From positions 1-15,139 of the forward strand of contig CATQHZ020000004.1 of the NCBI GenBank assembly GCA_958296135.2: DNA of 15,139 nucleotides, given 5' to 3'. The position numbers and the translations under genes are program-made. Positions within the stretch are counted from its first letter, which is position 1. Each line of letters starts with the position of its first letter. The notes under the pieces are model-generated. The model was not told the origin of the DNA. It searched no databases and was given only the letters and a program-made list of their open reading frames with translations. Shown here in pieces: positions 7,986-15,139 of this stretch. The DNA comes from an uncultured Poribacteria bacterium (lineage in GTDB: Bacteria; Poribacteria; WGA-4E; WGA-3G).

Positions 7986-9419
7986 CTATCTGCGCGGACT
8001 GGACTGCAGGCGGGGATTGACCACCGGTTCTATGGCCAGCGAGATCAGCATGAAGGTCAAGGCCACCATGACAATCAGTAGCCCAGGGGGAATGATCCAC
8101 CACCAGTAGCCCACATATACACCGCCGGTGCGAAATCCGGCTTCCAGAATCTGACCCCAGGTGGGAATGGAAGGATCGCCCAGCCCCAGAAAACTGAGTC
8201 CGGCTTCCGCCAGAATCGCTGCCGGGGCACTGAAGATGATCTGGGCCAGGAAGTACGGCATGATCTGCGGCAGGATGTGCCGCCACATGACCCGGACGCG
8301 GGAGGAGCCCAGACCCTGAATGGCTTCAATCAGCTGGCTGGAGCGCATATGCAGGACCATCGAGCGCACCTGGATGGCCAGGCCCGGCCAACTGAAAGCC
8401 ACCAGGATGACCATGATCACGGTCAAGTTGGGACCGATGATGAAAAGCAGGAAAATGAGCAGGGGCAACACCGGAATGTTGGCCACGATATCGGACATCC
8501 GCTGGATCGCCGTGTCCACCGCACCGCCCAGGTAGCCGCTGGTGATGCCCAGGGCCGTGCCCAGCAGAGTGGATGTAAGGGATACCACGATGCCAATCAG
8601 CAGAGCCACAGGCAGACCGAAGAGCAGGCCTTGCGCTAGATCCCGCCCGATGCTGTCCGTGCCCAGGGATCCGTAGGAATCCCCGCCCACTACGATTTGC
8701 ACTGCCCCTACACTGTCCTCGGGAGTGCGGGAGGCGGTCTGAAAGAGAAATTCATATTCGCCGAGGAGAGGCTCGAACTCCCCTGTTGTCCCCGGGGTGC
8801 CAAACAGGATCTCCAGCACCTGGCTCTTGATCTGCGCCTCGTCCAGCTGCAGGTCATGCTCTTCCGTCAGAAATTCCTGAATGAAGGTGATCACGCTCGC
8901 TTCCGCATTGATCTGAAAGCGCAAAGGCTCTGCTGCATGGCGCGTGAAGGGACCGGTCTCGTCCTCCCGCGGGGCCTTGATGGCATGGCGCAGCAAGCTG
9001 ATGCGTGTCTCGTCCGGACGGATCAAGGTCAGGCCCAGGAGCGGGGCCTTTTCCGCAAACTGCACGTTGGACACCGTCAGGGACAGAAAGCTGGGCACAC
9101 CAGGGGTTTTCAGTGCATACGGAATGGGGTAGTTCGTGAGGATGGTTCTGCCCCTTTCCTCCCTGGCTGTGGGTTCCGTCAGGGTTGCCGACCAATGCTC
9201 CACGGAAGAGCGTCCCCGCAAGCGGGGTGCCCACTCCGGCGGAGCGGCCTTGGGATTGTCCACCCAATACACTGGATTGCTCCAGAATCGGACGCCGAAC
9301 TCCTCGGGAAACGTAACCACCACATACAAGGAGACCAGCACCTGGATCATGAGCAACAGCAGGCCCAGCACACCGATGGGACTGGAACGCAGGGCCTGCC
9401 AGACTTGGGAGACACGCAT
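7986..9419 (-). CDS. Opp/Dpp family ABC permease, DppC type, with a large extracytoplasmic domain (477 aa)
   Basis: TM1, then WSNPVYWVDNPKAAPPEW and a ~215-aa soluble insert, then LGTDSIGRDL, EAA loop IEAIQGLGSSRVRVMWRHILPQ, EAGLSFLGLGDP..TWGQIL, WWWIIPPG and EPVVNPRL. The ATG overlaps the upstream TGA (TGATG at 9421-9417). Confidence 0.93.
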   Translation of the reverse strand: MRVSQVWQALRSSPIGVLGLLLLMIQVLVSLYVVVTFPEEFGVRFWSNPVYWVDNPKAAPPEWAPRLRGRSSVEHWSATLTEPTAREERGRTILTNYPIPYALKTPGVPSFLSLTVSNVQFAEKAPLLGLTLIRPDETRISLLRHAIKAPREDETGPFTRHAAEPLRFQINAEASVITFIQEFLTEEHDLQLDEAQIKSQVLEILFGTPGTTGEFEPLLGEYEFLFQTASRTPEDSVGAVQIVVGGDSYGSLGTDSIGRDLAQGLLFGLPVALLIGIVVSLTSTLLGTALGITSGYLGGAVDTAIQRMSDIVANIPVLPLLIFLLFIIGPNLTVIMVILVAFSWPGLAIQVRSMVLHMRSSQLIEAIQGLGSSRVRVMWRHILPQIMPYFLAQIIFSAPAAILAEAGLSFLGLGDPSIPTWGQILEAGFRTGGVYVGYWWWIIPPGLLIVMVALTFMLISLAIEPVVNPRLQSSPRR

Positions 9420-10474
9420 CAGTCAGCGTAGCTGACCCGGGGGTCCAGGAAGAAGTAGAGCACTTCCAGCAGCAGGCGAATGCCTACATAGATAAGCGTG
9501 AACATGAAGGTGAGGGCCACGATCACGTTCTCGTCCGGGGTGCCAGCCAACGCGTCGTAGTACAGCCGCCCCATGCCCTGCCAGTGGAACACCGTCTCAA
9601 TCAGGATGGAGCCGGACAGGGAACCGGCCAGGCCGAAGATGAGGCCGGTCACTATGGGCGGGGCCGCCACACGCAGAATATGCACGTTGCGGACTCGGCG
9701 TTCCGGCAGGCCTTTGGCCCGGGCCATGGCCACAAAGTCTTCCTGGGCGATATTGAGCGTGATGGTGCGCACGGCATAGATGTACGGACCCACGCTGACC
9801 AGCACCATGGACAGGACAGGCAGAATGGCGTGCTGGGCCATGTCCAGAAACCGCGGCCACGGATCCGCAGGGGGCGGAGTGCTGTACATGCCACCGGACG
9901 GCAGCAGGCGCCAGTTCACGGAGAGCACCAGAATAAGCAGAATGCCGATCCACCAGGTGGGAATGGCGTAGGTGATGGCAGCGAAAGCGGAGATGCTCCG
10001 GTCCATCCAGGTGCCAGGGCGGGTGGCGACAAAAAGACCCAGTCCCAATCCCAGCACAGCCACGATGACCAAGGAGGTGGTCATCAGAATCATGGTGTTT
10101 GGCAGCCGTTCCATGACGATGTCAATGATGCGGCTGGAGCCGTCTGTACTGCGGAGTGACCGGGCCTCTCCCAGATCCAGCCTCAGCACCCGGAATACGG
10201 TGCCCGGCAGCCGGTAGTACCAAGGCGTGTGCAGGCCGTAGAACTCTTCCAGTTCCCCCTTGCGGGCGGCCAAGGCCTGTTCCAGTTCGGCCGGGTCCCG
10301 AATGGTTTCCGCGAGCGTGGTGCGTTCCGCCCGCATCTGTTCCCCTACCACCGCTGACAGTATGCGATCCGAAAAACCGGTGAAACCCAGAGTCAGGACC
10401 AGCAACAGCAGCACCACAAAAAAGACACCCAGCAAGGTCACCGCACGCCAAGTCAGGGGAATGAGTTGCCGCAT
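9419..10474 (-). CDS. Opp/Dpp family ABC permease, DppB type (351 aa)
   Basis: YGLHTPWYYR, LDLGEA, ERLPNT, IPTWWIG, LLPSGGM, HAILP, EAA loop EDFVAMARAKGLPE, IETVFHWQGMG and C-terminal LDPRV. Confidence 0.94.
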   Translation of the reverse strand: MRQLIPLTWRAVTLLGVFFVVLLLLVLTLGFTGFSDRILSAVVGEQMRAERTTLAETIRDPAELEQALAARKGELEEFYGLHTPWYYRLPGTVFRVLRLDLGEARSLRSTDGSSRIIDIVMERLPNTMILMTTSLVIVAVLGLGLGLFVATRPGTWMDRSISAFAAITYAIPTWWIGILLILVLSVNWRLLPSGGMYSTPPPADPWPRFLDMAQHAILPVLSMVLVSVGPYIYAVRTITLNIAQEDFVAMARAKGLPERRVRNVHILRVAAPPIVTGLIFGLAGSLSGSILIETVFHWQGMGRLYYDALAGTPDENVIVALTFMFTLIYVGIRLLLEVLYFFLDPRVSYAD

Positions 10475-10592
10475 GGCTCAGGTCCGTGTCTTTGCTGCGT
10501 TGCAGTGGTGTCGGCTGAGGCCGAATCCAGCCTGCACTTCCCCAGGCACTGTACAGACCATGAACGCCGCCCACAGGCGACGCTCATGGGGA

Positions 10593-10621
10593 CGGCGGCC
10601 CGTCGCGCGTGCGGGCCGCCG
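10593..10621. repeat. GC-rich hairpin between the SBP and permease B genes
   Basis: CGGCGGCCCG-N9-CGGGCCGCCG, a perfect 10-bp stem about 35 nt after the SBP stop; no U-tract on the minus strand. Confidence 0.6.
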
Positions 10622-10654
10622 CGGGATGGCCTCAATCATGGAGATGGCAGAGAT

Positions 10655-13117
10655 TTAGCCGAAGCCCACATCCACCTCGATTTCCACCTGCCTCTCGGTG
10701 ACACGGGCCAGCTCGTCGCTGTAGGCGGCCAAAGTCAGTTCCAGCAGGCCGAAGTCCAAGTCGGCCGTCTCTTCCTCCGACAGCACGATGGAAAACGTGT
10801 TGGCTTCGGCGGTAGCGGCTTCCGCATGGCCCGAGAACAGCACGGTCCCGCTGGAGGCGTCCTTCAGTATGTACAGCACCGCGATCTCGCCCGGCCCTTC
10901 CAGATCCATGACCACTTCATATTCTTCACCGACGAACAGATCCTCCACCTGAATATCCTTGAACGAGACCAGTTCCGGTTCCCCCACGTACAGATCCGCG
11001 GGCGTGAAAGGATAGTTCTCATGCCGGAAGGCCGTCAGCTCGGCGTATTGCGCACCAGGGTCATACCGTTCCAGGTAGTACGGGCCGTTGCCAATCACCA
11101 TGTGACCCTTCGCCTTGAACCAATCCAGGACGGCTGCGTAGGCTTCGGTTGCCTGTGTCTGGTCCACCAGGGGTTCCCGTGCCCCCGGCAAGGTCAGCGC
11201 GGCTTTCGGAATCTGCTGCTTGCGGGCCAGCTCCTGCACTACGCGACGCACCAGCCGGGCATCCCGATCCAGCACCAGGCTGATCCAGGGCACCTTGAAC
11301 CGGGCGGCGGTGGTGGCACTGAACGCTCCCCGTCGCTGTGTAAACACCAATTCGTCCAGGGCATACAGCAGTTCCCAAGGGGTGCCTGCACCAGATGGCG
11401 TGGCATAGGCCGCGATGTAATCCTCCTCAAAGTGCCAGAAGTCCACGTAGACCTCAATGCGGTTCTCGTCCAGGACGCGGTATCCCTTGATGGTTTCCCA
11501 GTAGGGACGCCCTGTGGTTGCCATGACCGTCTCCACCAAGGCCTTGTCGGGATTCCAGGAAAGATCAATGCTGTGGTATAGCCCATACAGCACATCCGCC
11601 ATGGAGATGTCGCCTCCATGATGGAACGGGGCCTGAAAATACCGAGTGTAGTCATAGGTGACCTTGCTGTTGGCGGTAGTGCCTTTCTTCACATTCACCC
11701 AGGCTCCGGCCTTGGCATCCCAGAACATGGCGTCTGTCGGCACCTCCAGCGTGCTGTTGGGCCCCGCGGTCTCGGTGTCGAAATCCAGGCGGAAGGGCTG
11801 CGGTTTGCCTGAGAAGGGATGGTTCCAAAGGGCCGGGTCCTGCAAATGCCGCCAGATGTCCGACGTGTAGACATCACTGATGCCTCCCACAGGGTTCCAG
11901 GTGGACCTTTCAGTCCAAACCCAGAGGTTGCCCACGGTGAGTTCCGCGTTGCCGGGCTTGTAGGCAGCCCGCAGGGACCACAGGCCCCGGGGGCCCGCAG
12001 CCAAGTCATGTGTAATGCCATGCACTTCCGGTTGCACCGGATAGGTGTTCAGAATGGTGGCGACCCAGATGCGCACGCTTTCCTCCAGACCCAGACTGGT
12101 CATGCGCCGATAGAGATCGTCCCTTTCGTCCTGGTCCTGAAAGTCGCCCTGAAACAGTTTGCGGCCCAGAGTGTCCAGTTCTGCGTGCTCGTACTGCCAG
12201 TAGCCCACCTCCCGCCAGCCGGGCATGTTGCCTTGCCAGGGAGCGTAATAGGCGTTGATGCCACTGTAGTCGTACCGCTGCGGCGCGCCGCGCCCCCAGC
12301 CTTCCGTGTACAGGTGCCACTGGAAGTCCTGCGGGTTGGTGGTATAGACCGTCTGGATCGCCGGTGCGAACGGTTGATAGGAGGTGGCGATGCGGAAGCC
12401 AGATTCCTGCAAGGTGTTCTGCACCAGATTGCCGACCTCACGCCGCTCGTCTTCGACCCGTACAATGAATTTCAGGGTTATGGGCCGATCGTTGAAGTGC
12501 CAGATGTGGTCCACCAATTCGGCCCCCGCATCCTGCATGGCAGTCGCAATCTCGCCGCGGGCGTACTCCGGGTCATACGCGATGCCCAATTCATTGACCT
12601 GCCGGAAGATGGTCAGATAATCATAGTCCGTGGGACTGACATTGGTCAGCATGGGCACGGCTTGGCCCTGATAGATTTCACGCGCCACGAATTCCCGGTC
12701 CACCAGGAATTGCAAGGCCTTGCGCACAGCGGGCAAAGACAACGGGTTCAGCTGGCCTTCGGGGGCCGGAGCCGGATTGAGGATCAGGGAGATGGTGGTG
12801 GCAGGCGATTCGAGCAGCCGCACATTCTCGTCTTGCAGCTCTCTGGCGGCGGTAATCTTGAGGTTGTAGTAGTAGAGATCCATGTCCCCGGCCAACAGGT
12901 CCAAGGGAGCCCGGTCCACGTCAAAGGCCCGGAAGATCAAGGTGTCGACAGCCGGACCGGGCCGATCATGGGGAGGTTCATAGACAGGATGCGGCCTCGG
13001 CGGCGCTGCTTCATGGGCCCCCGCGTCTTCCTGCGCCCACGCGGTGCCGGTCAGTGCCAGGAGGAGCAGCAAGGCCAGGGTCCAGGCCATGCCCCCCTTG
13101 TACCAAGTGGTCTTCAT
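10655..13117 (-). CDS. Large family 5 ABC substrate-binding protein (~820 aa), archaeal-type subfamily, with Sec/SPI signal peptide
   Basis: Signal MKTTWYKGGMAWTLALLLLLALTGTAWA/QED (alternative start 13135). Motifs: NPLSLPAVRKALQFLVDRE, WHLYTEGWG, YAPWQGNMPGW, ESVRIW, WNPVGGISDVY, HPFSG, ETAGP, FHHGGDISMADV and IGNGPYYL. An acidic beta-rich ~110-aa extension follows at the C-terminus. Lies directly upstream of two permeases. Confidence 0.88.
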   Translation of the reverse strand: MKTTWYKGGMAWTLALLLLLALTGTAWAQEDAGAHEAAPPRPHPVYEPPHDRPGPAVDTLIFRAFDVDRAPLDLLAGDMDLYYYNLKITAARELQDENVRLLESPATTISLILNPAPAPEGQLNPLSLPAVRKALQFLVDREFVAREIYQGQAVPMLTNVSPTDYDYLTIFRQVNELGIAYDPEYARGEIATAMQDAGAELVDHIWHFNDRPITLKFIVRVEDERREVGNLVQNTLQESGFRIATSYQPFAPAIQTVYTTNPQDFQWHLYTEGWGRGAPQRYDYSGINAYYAPWQGNMPGWREVGYWQYEHAELDTLGRKLFQGDFQDQDERDDLYRRMTSLGLEESVRIWVATILNTYPVQPEVHGITHDLAAGPRGLWSLRAAYKPGNAELTVGNLWVWTERSTWNPVGGISDVYTSDIWRHLQDPALWNHPFSGKPQPFRLDFDTETAGPNSTLEVPTDAMFWDAKAGAWVNVKKGTTANSKVTYDYTRYFQAPFHHGGDISMADVLYGLYHSIDLSWNPDKALVETVMATTGRPYWETIKGYRVLDENRIEVYVDFWHFEEDYIAAYATPSGAGTPWELLYALDELVFTQRRGAFSATTAARFKVPWISLVLDRDARLVRRVVQELARKQQIPKAALTLPGAREPLVDQTQATEAYAAVLDWFKAKGHMVIGNGPYYLERYDPGAQYAELTAFRHENYPFTPADLYVGEPELVSFKDIQVEDLFVGEEYEVVMDLEGPGEIAVLYILKDASSGTVLFSGHAEAATAEANTFSIVLSEEETADLDFGLLELTLAAYSDELARVTERQVEIEVDVGFG

Positions 13118-13171
13118 TGCGTCTCTGTACTCCATTGCCAGCGAATGTCGGTGGTCGGTGCCCAGTCAACT

Positions 13172-13216
13172 CAGGCGGGCTCCGGGGGCCGGTTCCCGGT
13201 CCCCGGAGCCCGCCTG
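13172..13216. repeat. Long intergenic inverted repeat (21-bp stem, one mismatch)
   Basis: CAGGCGGGCTCCGGGGGCCGG-ttc-CCGGTCCCCGGAGCCCGCCTG, about 12 nt after the stop of the BNR gene. Confidence 0.8.
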
Positions 13217-13227
13217 TCGGACGTTTC

Positions 13228-15139
13228 CTATTGCTGCAACAATTCCTGTAGCTGATCCAGGATGGTCTTGATGTTGTCGAAACCAAATTCCATGTAAAAG
13301 GAAGTGGAGGCAAAGTTGCCGGAGCCATCCACCAGGGTGACGGCATGAGCCCCTTCCCCGGAAATGGGCACAAACACGTTGGCGGTCATGCGGCCCAGTT
13401 CATCTGTGCGCCCAGAGGAGACTTCGGTGCCTCCGACCAGCAGGAAATAGTTGATCAGGGGCTGAAAGCCATGCCCTTGCACCGTGATGCGCTCCCCGGC
13501 GGGGCCTGCATTCGGACTCACGAAAATTTCCGGCGCGGGAATGGATCGTTGGCGGGTGAAACCGATCTTTTGATTGAAACCGCCATATTCCCCCAGACGC
13601 GTGTCAGCCCACACCATGTAGGCATCGTCCTCCACAGCCGCAATCGAGAAATAGTCACCGATGAACAGCCCGTTGGGGAAGCCCTTGTTGGGGTTGGAAG
13701 GAAAGTCCGTGACCCGCGTATCCCCTACGCGCAGGTCCAGTTCCGGCAGTTCGAAGCCCCAGGTCTTGCCTTGATCGTCCGAGCGGGTGTAGTAAATGTG
13801 ATACCGCGTCTCCACCGGGTCGTCCCGCATGTCACCCCACATCACGTGGATCACCCCGTCAGGCCCCACATCCACAGCTGGGAAGAACTGCAGCGCCGTG
13901 CCGCGGTCGTGGTTCAATTGCTTGGGTTGCGACCAACGGTTACCACCGTCTAGGGATCGAATGAAGAACACATCGCCTTCGTCCGTTTCGTTGTCCGGCG
14001 GAATGGCCACATAGACAATGTAAATCTCGTCGTCGGGGCCGAGCGCCATCTTGGGAAAGACGGAAGCCCAGTACCGGAAATACGCATTGCGGGGCCGGAA
14101 GCCCGGTTCCAGGAAACTGGCAATGCGCTTGGGATCGCCAAAGCTCTCGCCCCCATCCTCGGACTTGGCCAGGTAGAACTCACCCAAGCCCTTCTGGCTT
14201 TCGTCGTCCGTGCTGTCCAGCCAGGCCACAAACAGATTTCCTTGGGAGTCCACGACCGGCACGGGCCCCTGAACGACCCGCTTGGTGCCGATAGCGTTGG
14301 ACTGGCCTTCGGTGTCACTGACTTCACCATAGGAACGGCGCACGGTTGGACCGGCAGCCACCGGATCTGACCAGGTGTGGCCTTCATCCGTGGAAAAGAC
14401 CACATACGGCGTGGTGTCCACTTGGGGCGAACCCAAGGTGGCAACCTCGCCGATGTAGAAGACTTCGTAGGACGTGTTGAATTCCACGTAGGTCACGTAG
14501 ATCACTTCCGTGTCTTCGATGGTGGGATGGGGGCCCACCGTCATCCAAGGCTTGTCCAGAAAACCCAGGGAGATCTTGCCGCGCAGGCGGCCCGTCAGGT
14601 CCTCTTCGAGTTCGACTTCCACTTCGCTGCGAGCGGCGGACACGGGTTCCAGCCATTCATAGCCGCCATCCACGGACTTGGCCACAGAGATGCTGGAGAC
14701 CAGGGCAAAGCCCACCGCGTTGCCGACGGTGTATTCCTTGATGCCAATGGAGATGGACCCCATGTACACATTGCCCTCGCTGTCGAATTCGACCACAGGG
14801 TCCCCACCCGAGACCCGATCCTTGCGCAGATACTTGACTTGCCGAGGACCATCCCAGGACGCCCCCCCGTCTATGGAGACATACGAGGTGTTGTTGGGGA
14901 AGTTGTAGTCGATGGTGCCCAGCACGATGTGGTCCGGGTCGTTGGGGTTGACGGCAATGTCCGGCTCCGTTTGCAACGGGGAATTGCTGAAGTCCCGCGT
15001 AATCAGCAGATCGCGGCTGAAGGCCGGAGCCGGATCCCGATACGGTACCAGGACCCCCAGACCGGCCCCCTGCATCTGCGCCGGGTTGTCGGCGTTCAGC
15101 CCGGTGACGGTACTGGCCACATCCTGGCGGGTCAGGGTA
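13228..15139 (-). CDS. BNR/Asp-box beta-propeller protein (sialidase-fold family) with a C-terminal Ig-like domain; 5' end lies outside the window
   Basis: The frame is open to the window edge (..TLTRQDVASTV..). Six Asp boxes: SIDGGASW, SVDGGYEW, STDEGHTW, SEDGGESF, SLDGGNRW, SDDQGKTW. Blade motifs: QTEPDIAVNP, GGDPVV, FLDKPW, QFFPAV, FIGDYFSI. The C-terminal part EIFVSPNAGPAGERITVQGHGF..HAVTLVDGSGN looks like a beta-sandwich. Confidence 0.85.
   Translation of the reverse strand, partial: TLTRQDVASTVTGLNADNPAQMQGAGLGVLVPYRDPAPAFSRDLLITRDFSNSPLQTEPDIAVNPNDPDHIVLGTIDYNFPNNTSYVSIDGGASWDGPRQVKYLRKDRVSGGDPVVEFDSEGNVYMGSISIGIKEYTVGNAVGFALVSSISVAKSVDGGYEWLEPVSAARSEVEVELEEDLTGRLRGKISLGFLDKPWMTVGPHPTIEDTEVIYVTYVEFNTSYEVFYIGEVATLGSPQVDTTPYVVFSTDEGHTWSDPVAAGPTVRRSYGEVSDTEGQSNAIGTKRVVQGPVPVVDSQGNLFVAWLDSTDDESQKGLGEFYLAKSEDGGESFGDPKRIASFLEPGFRPRNAYFRYWASVFPKMALGPDDEIYIVYVAIPPDNETDEGDVFFIRSLDGGNRWSQPKQLNHDRGTALQFFPAVDVGPDGVIHVMWGDMRDDPVETRYHIYYTRSDDQGKTWGFELPELDLRVGDTRVTDFPSNPNKGFPNGLFIGDYFSIAAVEDDAYMVWADTRLGEYGGFNQKIGFTRQRSIPAPEIFVSPNAGPAGERITVQGHGFQPLINYFLLVGGTEVSSGRTDELGRMTANVFVPISGEGAHAVTLVDGSGNFASTSFYMEFGFDNIKTILDQLQELLQQ

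Noticed and set aside
13228-15139. Calling the propeller a true exo-alpha-sialidase (nanH/nanA)
   Set aside because: Asp boxes indicate the fold only; no RIP motif is visible and there is no sialic-acid catabolic context in the window.

Overview
GC-rich (roughly 60% by eye) bacterial window in which every credible gene is on the minus strand; the long plus-strand ORFs are antisense shadows. In transcription order (right to left): (1) a 5'-truncated six-Asp-box (BNR, sialidase-fold) protein with a C-terminal Ig-like domain. (2) An unusual family-5 (Opp/Dpp-type) ABC cassette: a very large SBP, two permeases and one DppD-like ATPase; its components resemble the archaeal-type subfamily. The ATPase is split by a 106-nt poly-C/poly-G tract that is most likely a sequencing or assembly artefact. 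(3) A ~1.4 kb apparently gene-free gap that holds a frameshifted Rpn (Transposase_31/YhgA-like PD-(D/E)xK nuclease) pseudogene and several hairpins and palindromes. (4) An NSAR/OSBS (MenC-like) enolase-superfamily enzyme with no neighbouring men or succinylation genes. (5) A second family-5 ABC operon (lipoprotein SBP, permease B, truncated permease C) with its own sigma70-like promoter and a post-SBP terminator-like hairpin. No rRNA, tRNA or CRISPR array was seen. Gene style suggests Chloroflexota (Caldilineaceae-like), which is inference only. Family calls come from motif recognition, not database searches.
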